Shown here: positions 8,953 through 18,225 of the stretch, in pieces
Layout: every line of letters begins with the position of its first letter
Numbering within the stretch: the stretch's first letter is position 1
Source: Planctomycetota bacterium
GTDB lineage: Bacteria; Planctomycetota; Phycisphaerae; WQYP01
Length of the DNA stretch: 64,000 nucleotides
Assembly: GCA_021827645.1 (NCBI GenBank)
Contig: JAKAVA010000043.1
Coordinates: forward strand, 593 to 64,592
Direction of reading: 5' to 3'
Program-made: the position numbers and the translations under genes
The notes under the pieces: generated by a model
Seen by the model: the letters and a program-made list of their open reading frames with translations, nothing else
Databases searched by the model: none
What the model was told of the DNA's origin: nothing

Positions 8953-9464
8953 TGCCTGGAGACGAGGTTATCTCGCGGGATCGTCTCATGCCGTTCCTGT
9001 TGGATCGGCTTACTGACGATAATCCCGATACTCAGATGGAATCGCGTGCGGCGCGTACGACCACCATCACGCAACTCCGTTCGTCGGTGCTCCGCGATAT
9101 CGGATGGCTGCTGAACTCCACCCGCCATCCGGATTCCGACGGTTTGAATGCCTATCCGCTCGTGGCCCGTTCGGTATTGAATTTTGGCGTCCCCGCCATG
9201 GGCGGCGCTACCGAATCGAGCGTGTCCGTGGAATATCTCGAACAGGTGATCGCAGACGCCATTCGCGCCTATGAACCGCGGCTTCTTCCCGAGACGGTTC
9301 TCGTCAAGGCAACGGCGGCGGACCGAAGCATTTCGGGCAACCGGGTGGACTTTGAAATCCGCGCCGATCTCTGGGCGGTGCCGATGCCGGATGTTTTATT
9401 TGTCCGGACCGAAGTGGATTTGGAAACCGGTTTATGCCAGGTAACGCAGCGCAGCAATGGATAA
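8949..9464 (+). CDS. tssE: T6SS baseplate subunit TssE (gp25-like)
   Basis: LMPFLLDRLTDD, VLRDIGWLLN, SVLNFGVP, IRAYEPRL; ATG at 8949 overlaps the tagJ stop (ATGA); the ORF-track start at 8727 is probably too long. Confidence 0.92.
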   Translation: MMPGDEVISRDRLMPFLLDRLTDDNPDTQMESRAARTTTITQLRSSVLRDIGWLLNSTRHPDSDGLNAYPLVARSVLNFGVPAMGGATESSVSVEYLEQVIADAIRAYEPRLLPETVLVKATAADRSISGNRVDFEIRADLWAVPMPDVLFVRTEVDLETGLCQVTQRSNG

Positions 9465-11334
9465 GCGAATCCTTGAATATTACGAGCAGGAACTGCTCTT
9501 TCTCCGTGAGATGGGAAAGGACTTCGCCCGGCAGTTTCCGAAAATTGCCGGCCGCCTGAGCCTGGATCAGATACCCTGTCCGGATCCATACGTCGAACGC
9601 CTGCTGGAGGGGGTCGCGTTCCTAACCGCCCGCATCGACATGAAACTCGATGCTCAGTTCCCGCGCTTCACACAGAGCCTTCTCGAAACGATCTACCCCC
9701 AATATCTGGCGCCGCTGCCGGCCATGGGAATTGTGGAATTCACTCCCGACCCGCGCGAGGCGGCCAATTTTATCGGGGGATTTCCCGTTCCCGCGGGCAG
9801 TTATCTCGATAGTAACATCGGTCGCGATGAGGTGACAGCCTGTCGTTTTCGGACCGCCCACGCGCTGAAAATATATCCTCTGCAGATAACCGATGTCACC
9901 TACACCAGCCGGGAAATGACCGCCTGGGGCCTGCCCGAGAACCGGGGCATGCGAGCGGCGCTTAAAGTTCGCATCAGCAGTATTCTCCCCGCTTTGACGC
10001 TGGATAAAATTGCTGCGGATCAGTTGAGCTTTTACATCAGCGGCGACTCGAGCCTGCAATACCCTCTCCATGAGCAGCTTTTCGGTCACTGCATGGGCGT
10101 GATGGTCAAACCTGAAGGTGTTCCGCCGCCTTGGATCATCTCGATCGATCCGGCGCACCTGCAACCCCAGGGGATTGCTGAAGCGGAGGCTCTGCTGCCC
10201 GTCGGTACCCGGACCTTTGCCGGATACCGGCTGCTACGGGAATATTTTTCTCTACCTCAGCGATTCTGTTTCTTTTCCCTCACCCAGCTCGGCCCTGCCA
10301 TGGCCCGGTCGGTGTCCAATACCGTTGACATCATATTTCTGTTTTCGCAGCGCGATCCCCGCCTGGAAACGGCTCTCACCACCTCGAATCTGCGCCTATT
10401 CTGCACACCGGTCATCAATCTCTTTGAAAAAACCTGCAGTCGCATTCATCTGGAAGACCGCTTTCATGAATACCATGTTACGGCGGATATCACCCGCCCG
10501 CTCGATTACGAAATTTTTGATATTACGCGCGTCACCGGCTACGGCGCAACACGGGAAGATCAGCAGCCATTCCAGCCGTTTTACCGGGCCACCGATTTTG
10601 ATGCCGACCGCAACGCCTACTACCAGTTGCGGCGAGAGCCGCGCGTGCCGTCGGAAAAGGAGCGGCGGGTCGGCGGTCGCTCGCAGTACGCTGGATCCGA
10701 GGTTTACATCTCACTCGTGGATGAGAAAAATACGCCCTATTCCACCGCCCTGATGCAATTGGGGATCGATGCGCTGTGCACCAACCGCGATCTGCCACTG
10801 TTCATGGCCGTCGGCAGAGGGGCAACCGATATGCAGATGGTGGGCAGCCTCCCCTCATGCGCGATCCGGGTGGTTGACGGGCCCCTCACCGCGCCTCGAA
10901 TGTCGGTCGCCCAGAAGGAAACAGCGTGGCGACTCATCAGCCATCTGTCACTCAATTATCTTTCATTGACCGATACCAATCCCGATCAGGGCGCCGAGGC
11001 ACTCAGATCGATCCTGCGGCTCTATGCTGCGGATCGTGATCCGCAGCACCGGGCGCAGATCGCCGGGGTGCGATCGGTCAAATCGGCGCCGCTGCATCGA
11101 CGCCTGATTACCGGCGGACTGAGCACCTTTGTTCGTGGAATTGAAATCACCATTGAAATGGATGAAACCGCATTTCAGGGAGCCAGCGCCTTCCTGCTGG
11201 GCATGATCCTGGAAAAATTCCTGGCTCTTCATGCCCCGATCAATTCGTTTACCGAGACGGTTATCCGCAGCACACAACGAGGACTCTTGATTCGATGGCC
11301 GACACAGCCGGGCCGCCGCCCGCAGATCATCTGA
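9457..11334 (+). CDS. tssF: T6SS baseplate subunit TssF
   Basis: YYEQELLFLREMGKDFARQFPKIAGRL, DPYVERLLEG, LFCTPVINLF, WRLISHLSLNYLSL, INSFT. Confidence 0.97.
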   Translation: MDKRILEYYEQELLFLREMGKDFARQFPKIAGRLSLDQIPCPDPYVERLLEGVAFLTARIDMKLDAQFPRFTQSLLETIYPQYLAPLPAMGIVEFTPDPREAANFIGGFPVPAGSYLDSNIGRDEVTACRFRTAHALKIYPLQITDVTYTSREMTAWGLPENRGMRAALKVRISSILPALTLDKIAADQLSFYISGDSSLQYPLHEQLFGHCMGVMVKPEGVPPPWIISIDPAHLQPQGIAEAEALLPVGTRTFAGYRLLREYFSLPQRFCFFSLTQLGPAMARSVSNTVDIIFLFSQRDPRLETALTTSNLRLFCTPVINLFEKTCSRIHLEDRFHEYHVTADITRPLDYEIFDITRVTGYGATREDQQPFQPFYRATDFDADRNAYYQLRREPRVPSEKERRVGGRSQYAGSEVYISLVDEKNTPYSTALMQLGIDALCTNRDLPLFMAVGRGATDMQMVGSLPSCAIRVVDGPLTAPRMSVAQKETAWRLISHLSLNYLSLTDTNPDQGAEALRSILRLYAADRDPQHRAQIAGVRSVKSAPLHRRLITGGLSTFVRGIEITIEMDETAFQGASAFLLGMILEKFLALHAPINSFTETVIRSTQRGLLIRWPTQPGRRPQII

Positions 11335-12341
11335 TTCAGCGATTGCTGGAACGCGGAGATCGATTCGATCTCTACCATGCGATTCGCCTCCTTAACTGCA
11401 CCCTGCGGGATTCGCCCCCGGTCGGCGAAGCTCGTCTGCCGTCACAGGAAAAGTATCGCTTTGCACAGCATGTATCCCTGGCTTTTCCGCGTTCTCCAAT
11501 TCAGGAAATATCCAGAGACCCCGATGGAAAATTGCGGATCTCAACCAACGGATTCGGCCTCCTTGGCCCCAACGGCCCCATGCCGATGCAACTCACCGAG
11601 CATGTTCTCGAACGCCGTCAACATTTTCGAGACCTCGCTCATGAAGAATTTCTCAACCTGCTGCACCACCGTCTGATGATGCTTTTCTACAGGGCCTGGG
11701 CGGTTAATCAGCAGCATATCAGTTCCGACGCCGCCGCCCGCAGTTCCGACGCGGAAATGGTCAACCGCGATCATTTCGCCTTGTACATCGGCAGCCTCAT
11801 CGGTCTGGGATTGCCTGAATCCAACAACCGAGATCATATTGACGACCATGGCAAGCTCTATTTCTCCGGGCTTTTGTCTGATGCAAACCGCACGCCCTCG
11901 GGATTGGCAAAATTGTTGGCGCAGTATTTTTCCCTTCCTGTTGAGGTTCACGAATTTGTCGAGCGATGGATACAGGTTGATCCCAGCTTTCGCACCCGTC
12001 TGGGCGCAAGCCGCTACACCGGCCTGCTGGGAAGGAACGTTATGCTGGGAACCCGCTTTCGTGAATGCCAGAGCACCTTTCGCATTCGTCTGGGCCCGAT
12101 GACTTTGGCCGCCTACGAACATATGCTTCCCGGCAACAACGGATTTGTGCGTTTGCGGGATTGGATTAGGCTATATGTGGGGCTGCACCTCGATTGGCAA
12201 GTGCAGTATGTGCTGCTGGCACGCGAGACGCCGCCGACGAGACTCGGACACTCCGGCCTTCTGGGCAGAACAACGTGGCTCTGGACTCAATCGCCGACGT
12301 CCGATCAAGATCAATACCTGTATACCCACGTCGGCGATTGA
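11295..12341 (+). CDS. tssG: T6SS baseplate subunit TssG
   Basis: SLAFP, FGLLGPNGPMP, FLNLLHHRLMMLFYRAW, LGRTTWL; overlaps the tssF end as is typical. Confidence 0.95.
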   Translation: MADTAGPPPADHLIQRLLERGDRFDLYHAIRLLNCTLRDSPPVGEARLPSQEKYRFAQHVSLAFPRSPIQEISRDPDGKLRISTNGFGLLGPNGPMPMQLTEHVLERRQHFRDLAHEEFLNLLHHRLMMLFYRAWAVNQQHISSDAAARSSDAEMVNRDHFALYIGSLIGLGLPESNNRDHIDDHGKLYFSGLLSDANRTPSGLAKLLAQYFSLPVEVHEFVERWIQVDPSFRTRLGASRYTGLLGRNVMLGTRFRECQSTFRIRLGPMTLAAYEHMLPGNNGFVRLRDWIRLYVGLHLDWQVQYVLLARETPPTRLGHSGLLGRTTWLWTQSPTSDQDQYLYTHVGD

Positions 12342-12379
12342 CTTGAGAATGGTTGATTGAATTTCAGAAGGATGTGCGC

Positions 12380-15181
12380 ATGGTGGATATCTCTCGGGCA
12401 AATCTGTTTGGCAAATTGAATCCTGTCGCCTATCGGGCAATGGAAAGCGCGGCGACGTTCTGCAAGATGCGTGGCAACCCCTATGTGGAACTGGCGCATT
12501 GGATCAATCAATTGTTGCAGATGGAGGATACTGATCTCCACCACATCATCCGCGCTTTTGAGATCAATCCGTCCCGCCTCGCCGCGGATTTGACGGCGTT
12601 TCTTGATAAGCTTCCTCGCGGTGCAACCTCCATCACCGACATATCCTCACACATCGATAACGCCGTGCGCGAGGCGTGGGTATTTGCTTCGCTGGCCTTT
12701 CAGTCCGGCGTGATCCGCTCCGGACATGTGATCTTGGCGCTCATGAATACCCCCGATCTCAAAAACTCCCTCCCCTCCATTTCGCCCGAATTTCGCCGGA
12801 TCAAAGTCGAGCGGCTCTCCGACGAGTTCGCCTCTATCGTCGGCGGCTCGGCGGAAGATCAATTCAAGGGTGGCCTCGCCGCTGAGGTGGTACCGGGGAG
12901 TTCCGGTGCCGATGGGGCATCCGCACCCGCATCAATGGGACGCCAAGAGGCGCTGGCGAAGTATGCCGTTGATCTCACCGCCCGTGCGGCATCAGGGGCG
13001 CTGGATCCAATCATCGGTCGGGATGAGGAGATTCGACAAGTTATCGATATCCTGATGCGCCGTCGACAGAACAATCCGATCCTTACAGGCGAAGCGGGTG
13101 TGGGGAAAACCGCCGTGGTCGAGGGTTTCGCTCAGCGCGTCGCCGCCGGGGATGTGCCGCCTGCCTTACGTGATGTCTCGGTGCGCACGCTCGATATCGG
13201 CCTGCTTCAGGCCGGGGCCAGCATGAAGGGAGAATTTGAACAGCGCCTCCGGCAGGTAATCGAAGAAGTTCAGGCTTCGCCCAAACCAATTATTCTCTTT
13301 ATTGATGAGGCTCATACACTCATCGGTGCGGGCGGATCCGCCGGAACCGGTGACGCCGCCAATCTCCTCAAGCCGGCATTGGCCCGCGGCACGCTCCGCA
13401 CCATCGCCGCCACCACGTGGGACGAATATAAAAAACATATTGAAAAAGACCCCGCGCTCACCCGGAGATTTCAGGTGGTGAAAGTGGAGGAACCTTCCGA
13501 AACCAAGGCGATTCGCATGCTTCGCGGTCTGGTCTCTCCGCTTGAAAAGCATCACCGCGTCCAGATATTGGATGAAGCGATTGAAGCCGCCGTTCGGCTT
13601 TCCCATCGTTATATACCCGCCCGGCAATTGCCGGATAAGGCCGTAAGCCTCATCGATACAGCCGCGGCGCGCGTGGCCGTGAGCCAGAATGCCGTTCCGG
13701 CGCAGCTTGAGGATACACGTCGTACCGTCGAGGCGCTCGAAGTGGAGCGGACCATCCTCAACCGGGAAATCCATGTCGGTGTGGATCATTCCGCTCGCCT
13801 TGCCGAATTGACGGAGAAACTCGCTCAACAAAATAAACGGCTCACCGAGCTTGAAGACCGCTGGAAAAAGGAAAAAGAACTCGTGAGCCGAATCCTGGAA
13901 TTACGACATCAACTTCGGGCGGCCGGTGAAAAACTGGATCACCCATCTGCGGCCGCCGTCACCGACGGGGAGCGACCGCCCGTGTCTCCCTCTGGAAGCG
14001 GTGCATCCGGATCAGAATCGAAGGCGGCAGGCGATGGGATCGCCGCTCTCTCCGAGGCTGATCGTGCTGCCCGCCTTGCCGAACTCTCCCAATTAAATGG
14101 TGAACTGGCAACCCGTCAGGGCGAAACACCGCTGATCTTTCCCACCGTCGATCAGCAGGCAGTTGCCTCGGTTGTGGCGGACTGGACCGGCATCCCCGTA
14201 GGGCGAATGGTGAAGGATGAAATCCAGCAGGTTCTCAATCTGGTCGACATCCTTGAAAAACGTGTGATCGGGCAGCGGCCGGCATTGGAACAGATTACGC
14301 GGCGAATTCAGGCATCGCGCGCCCGCCTTGACAATCCTAATCGACCCATCGGCGTCTTCATGCTGGCGGGGCCCTCAGGTGTCGGCAAAACCGAAACCGC
14401 CCTGGCTCTGGCGGAAATTCTTTATGGTGGTGAACACAATCTCATCACCATCAACATGAGCGAATTTCAGGAAGCCCATACGGTGAGCACGCTCAAGGGA
14501 TCGCCGCCCGGCTACGTCGGCTACGGCGAAGGAGGGGTGCTGACCGAGGCGGTACGCCGCCGCCCCTATTCCGTCGTTTTGCTCGATGAGGTGGAAAAGG
14601 CTCACCGGGATGTGCATGAAATATTTTTTCAAGTCTTTGATAAGGGATGGATGGAGGATGGCGAAGGGCGTCTCATCGATTTCAAGAATACCATTATTAT
14701 TCTGACGACTAATGCCGCACAGGACACGGTCGTCAACATGTGCAAAGACCCCGAACTCATGCCGGATCATGAATCGTTGGAAAAGGCGCTTCGCGGTCCG
14801 CTCATCAAGGTGTTCCCCGATGCCCTGCTCAATCGACTTCTCGTGGTACCCTATTATCCGATTACGCCCGCGGTGCTGCGTCGAATCATTCATCTGCAGC
14901 TTTCCAGGGTCAAGCACCGGGTGGAGGAGGTGCATAAGGTTGAGATGACCTATCACGACGCCGTACCGGAACTCATCGCGCGCCGCTGCACGGAACTTGA
15001 ACGCGGTGCGCGGATGATTGACGCCATGATCACCAATCAGATGCTTCCCGACATCGGCCGCGAGATTCTCAACCGCCTGATGCGCCAGGAGACGATCCGA
15101 AGCATCCATGTTAGGGTGAAGGACGAGCATTTTGATTACGAATTTGCCGTCCATGGAGACGGAGTGCGATCCGGCTCTTAA
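12380..15181 (+). CDS. clpV: T6SS AAA+ ATPase ClpV (TssH)
   Basis: ISRANLFGKLN N-domain; RRRQNNPILTGEAGVGKT; second Walker A GPSGVGKT; likely start 12380 (ORF track gives 12353). Confidence 0.97.
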   Translation: MVDISRANLFGKLNPVAYRAMESAATFCKMRGNPYVELAHWINQLLQMEDTDLHHIIRAFEINPSRLAADLTAFLDKLPRGATSITDISSHIDNAVREAWVFASLAFQSGVIRSGHVILALMNTPDLKNSLPSISPEFRRIKVERLSDEFASIVGGSAEDQFKGGLAAEVVPGSSGADGASAPASMGRQEALAKYAVDLTARAASGALDPIIGRDEEIRQVIDILMRRRQNNPILTGEAGVGKTAVVEGFAQRVAAGDVPPALRDVSVRTLDIGLLQAGASMKGEFEQRLRQVIEEVQASPKPIILFIDEAHTLIGAGGSAGTGDAANLLKPALARGTLRTIAATTWDEYKKHIEKDPALTRRFQVVKVEEPSETKAIRMLRGLVSPLEKHHRVQILDEAIEAAVRLSHRYIPARQLPDKAVSLIDTAAARVAVSQNAVPAQLEDTRRTVEALEVERTILNREIHVGVDHSARLAELTEKLAQQNKRLTELEDRWKKEKELVSRILELRHQLRAAGEKLDHPSAAAVTDGERPPVSPSGSGASGSESKAAGDGIAALSEADRAARLAELSQLNGELATRQGETPLIFPTVDQQAVASVVADWTGIPVGRMVKDEIQQVLNLVDILEKRVIGQRPALEQITRRIQASRARLDNPNRPIGVFMLAGPSGVGKTETALALAEILYGGEHNLITINMSEFQEAHTVSTLKGSPPGYVGYGEGGVLTEAVRRRPYSVVLLDEVEKAHRDVHEIFFQVFDKGWMEDGEGRLIDFKNTIIILTTNAAQDTVVNMCKDPELMPDHESLEKALRGPLIKVFPDALLNRLLVVPYYPITPAVLRRIIHLQLSRVKHRVEEVHKVEMTYHDAVPELIARRCTELERGARMIDAMITNQMLPDIGREILNRLMRQETIRSIHVRVKDEHFDYEFAVHGDGVRSGS

Positions 15182-15221
15182 AAATGTTATGATCTCCTGA
15201 ACGGGGAAGGAGTTGACGCTT

Positions 15222-17297
15222 ATGGGCTTTGATCAGAATAAATGGCCTCTGGCACTGGATACCGCATTAGGTGCCAACGCGTGGGCGGTGATTTCCGTTC
15301 ACGGGACCGAGGCGCTTTCCAACATGTTTGTCTACCGGGTTGATGCGGTGCTGATGACGGCCACTCAGAATGTTGCCGCGGCCCTGCTGGGCAAGGTGGT
15401 CACGCTGCGGATCGGTCTGCCGGGTGCGGCGGGCCCGAATCTTCCCCCAGCCCTGCGCAGTGGCGTCGTTGTCAACTGTACCCGCATCACCGACGCGAAC
15501 CGCTCCAATCTGTTCCGGCTCGTCATCATGCCATGGACTTGGTTTCTCACCCGCGGCAGCAACTGCCGCATATTTCAGTCGGCAACCGCACCGGATATTA
15601 TTAAGGGCACATTTAATACGCTCGGGTTTTCGGCGTTTAAGCAGTCGCTTCAGGCTGCCTATCCGTCGCTGGAATACTGTGTGCAATACCGCGAAACCTA
15701 CTTCAATTTTGTATCCCGCCTGATGGAATTCAATGGTATCTTCTATTTTTACACCCATACCAATGGAAGCCACGTCATGCAGTTGGCCGACAGCAACAGC
15801 GCCTGCCCCGCCGTCGCCGGGAATGCCGAGATTCCTTTCGGTCGATATGCCAGCGGCAAACCCGCCGGTATCAACCAATGGGATATACAGCATGAAATTC
15901 AGCCCGGCCTCTTCACCTGCTCCGATTTCAACTACATGCAGCCGACGCAGAATCAAACCGGCAAGGTGAGCAATTCAGCCGGGGCGACCCAGTCGAATCT
16001 GGAGATATTCGATTTTCCCGGCGGGTTTACCGATTCCTCCACGGCGTCCACCGTCGCCTCCATCCGCATGCAGGAGCGGCAGAGCGAATATGAAATTTGC
16101 AGCGGCGTGACCGGTAACTGGAATGTCATCGCCGGAGCCACATTCACACTCACCGGACATCCAAATTCGGCCTTAAATAAAAAATACCTTATCATCGGTG
16201 TCGAATTTGAAGCCTCACAGAGCGAGCCGCTGGCGGCGACCGGCCAATCAGCTGCCGGCACTCCCGAGATGACCTATTCCGCGCATATGACAGCGATTGA
16301 TTTCAAGCAGCCTTACCGACCCGGCCGCCGAACCCCCAAACCGGTCATCGCCGGGCCGCAGACGGCATTTGTCTCCGGGCCATGCGGTCAGGAAATTTAT
16401 ACCGATAGCACCGGGCGCATCAAGGTGCAGTTTCACTGGGACCGCTACGGTCAGGCCGATCAGAATGCATCGTGCTGGATCAGAGTCGCTCAGCTCTGGG
16501 CGGGCAAGGGATGGGGCGCCCTGTTTCTGCCTCGTATCGGGCAGGAAGTGGTGGTGGAATTTGTGGATGGCGATCCCGACCGCCCTCTCGTGACCGGCTG
16601 CGTCTATAACCCCGTCAATACCACACCCTATCCTCTGCCCGATAAAGCGGCGGAATCAGGTATCAAAACCAGTTCCACGACCGGCGGCAACGGCGCTAAC
16701 GAATTGAAGTTTGACGATACCGCAGGCAGCGAAAACATTTTCCTCCATGCCCAGCATGACATGCATCACAGAGTTAAAAATAATTACTATCTCTCCGTCG
16801 AAAAGGAAAGCCACATCACCATCGGCGGCGCCAGCCATGTTCATCATAAGGACGCCCTGCATGTGCAGACGGACGGCAAGCATCTCGAGGCCGTCGGCGA
16901 CGATCGCAATCTGAGTGTCAGCGGAAATGAAATGATAAAAATTGGCGGAACCAGCAGCAACCAAGTGCAGGGAAACGTGTCCTCTAAGTTTGCCGCAGCG
17001 TGCTATCAGGAAGTCGCCCAGCAGTTGTACATCAAAGCCGACACCATTATCCTGGAGGCGGCCACCAACATCACCATCAAGGTCGGCGATTCCAGCATCG
17101 CGATAGACTCAAGCGGCATTACCATCGCCTGCGGCGAGTTTGAAGTCGACGGACAATCTTCCGCTAAAATATCCGTCGGTGCCGCTGCGTTTTCCCTCAG
17201 CAGTTCCGACGGCAAATTGGCCGTCGGCGGCAGCACACTTGATGTTTCCGCCGGTTCGGCGAAGCTCTCGGCGCCGACCGTGTCACTTGGTTCATGA
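15222..17297 (+). CDS. vgrG: T6SS spike protein VgrG (TssI)
   Basis: YCVQYRETYFNFVSRLME, GPQTAFV, GRIKVQFHWDR, WIRVAQLWAG, PRIGQEVVVEF; gp5-like C-terminal beta repeats; ATG 9 nt after AGGAG. Confidence 0.96.
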   Translation: MGFDQNKWPLALDTALGANAWAVISVHGTEALSNMFVYRVDAVLMTATQNVAAALLGKVVTLRIGLPGAAGPNLPPALRSGVVVNCTRITDANRSNLFRLVIMPWTWFLTRGSNCRIFQSATAPDIIKGTFNTLGFSAFKQSLQAAYPSLEYCVQYRETYFNFVSRLMEFNGIFYFYTHTNGSHVMQLADSNSACPAVAGNAEIPFGRYASGKPAGINQWDIQHEIQPGLFTCSDFNYMQPTQNQTGKVSNSAGATQSNLEIFDFPGGFTDSSTASTVASIRMQERQSEYEICSGVTGNWNVIAGATFTLTGHPNSALNKKYLIIGVEFEASQSEPLAATGQSAAGTPEMTYSAHMTAIDFKQPYRPGRRTPKPVIAGPQTAFVSGPCGQEIYTDSTGRIKVQFHWDRYGQADQNASCWIRVAQLWAGKGWGALFLPRIGQEVVVEFVDGDPDRPLVTGCVYNPVNTTPYPLPDKAAESGIKTSSTTGGNGANELKFDDTAGSENIFLHAQHDMHHRVKNNYYLSVEKESHITIGGASHVHHKDALHVQTDGKHLEAVGDDRNLSVSGNEMIKIGGTSSNQVQGNVSSKFAAACYQEVAQQLYIKADTIILEAATNITIKVGDSSIAIDSSGITIACGEFEVDGQSSAKISVGAAAFSLSSSDGKLAVGGSTLDVSAGSAKLSAPTVSLGS

Positions 17298-17320
17298 TCG
17301 CTCGATTGGAGGTTGATACC

Positions 17321-17680
17321 ATGGCATCGCCGCAATCCGGAACGGCAATTACTCCAACGGACCCGACGCCGCCCGTCTCCGCTACGGAAGCGGCGCAGGC
17401 CACGCTTGGCAATGTGACCAGTTATTCCACCTCGGCAGAGAGTATTGCATCGTTGAATATGCCGTCCACATCAACCGATTCGGCATCGGCCGGAGCGGTG
17501 GGTCATTCATCGGCTCCCCAAGGTTATTCCGCTGGTGATTCCCAGCCAGACGCAGCCGCTGGTTCAGCCAGCTCCGCAGGCGTATCGTCACGGCCGGCGT
17601 CGGGTCATTCCAGCGGCGATAGCGATTCCGATGATCAGGATGATGGTGCGACCGGTTTTGACAGCGATGCCTACGCATAA
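17321..17680 (+). CDS. Small Ser/Asp-rich low-complexity VgrG-associated protein
   Basis: RBS GGAGG, ATG at 17321; co-oriented between vgrG and the DUF4280 gene. Confidence 0.65.
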   Translation: MASPQSGTAITPTDPTPPVSATEAAQATLGNVTSYSTSAESIASLNMPSTSTDSASAGAVGHSSAPQGYSAGDSQPDAAAGSASSAGVSSRPASGHSSGDSDSDDQDDGATGFDSDAYA

Positions 17681-17749
17681 GGGCGGCGTCTTGAGCGATG
17701 GAGAAACACAGGCGTTTCCAACTGGGTCTCAAATAAAGGAGTGCGAATC

Positions 17750-18136
17750 ATGCCGCAACTCGTTGTCACCGGCGCCATGATGGCGTGCAGTTTCGGCGCT
17801 GCTCCGGCGGCGCTCAATGCCACCTCAGCGCCCACGGTCATGGTATCAACACCCGCTGCCACCATTATGGATCACGCGCCGATGGTGAACATTCCGTCAT
17901 TCGGCATGTGCACCAGCGAGGCGAACCCCGCCGTGGCCGCCGCCACCGCAGCCGCGCTCGGCGTCCCCACGCCATCCGCCTGCGTCCCCAACACGGTCGC
18001 TCCCTGGACCCCCGGCGCCGCGAGCACCACCATCAATAATCAGCCCGCGCTCACCTCCTCCTGCACCTGCAACTGCATGTGGGGCGGTGTGATTACCATT
18101 ACCAATCCAGGCCAGACCGTCGTCACAGCGAGTTGA
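17750..18136 (+). CDS. DUF4280 family PAAR-like spike tip protein
   Basis: GAMMACSFG, NIPSFGMC, CVP..W.PG, CNCMWGGVITITNPGQ; RBS AAGGAG. Confidence 0.92.
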   Translation: MPQLVVTGAMMACSFGAAPAALNATSAPTVMVSTPAATIMDHAPMVNIPSFGMCTSEANPAVAAATAAALGVPTPSACVPNTVAPWTPGAASTTINNQPALTSSCTCNCMWGGVITITNPGQTVVTAS

Positions 18137-18225
18137 TCGCGTGCGGATATCATGGGCTCGATATCGGTTGGTGCTGGTAGCAGGTGTAAGTGAACGTCGC
18201 CGGGCGATTAGCAGAGCAGGAGATT

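Noticed and set aside
13930-14070. Low-complexity Ser/Gly/Ala insert in the ClpV middle region
   Set aside because: Variable linkers at this position are common in ClpV proteins.
2590-18136. Interpretation as a prophage tail or extracellular contractile injection system
   Set aside because: Split TssB/TssC sheath, ClpV, TagJ and TssA are T6SS hallmarks; no tape-measure, capsid, lysis or Afp-type genes are seen.
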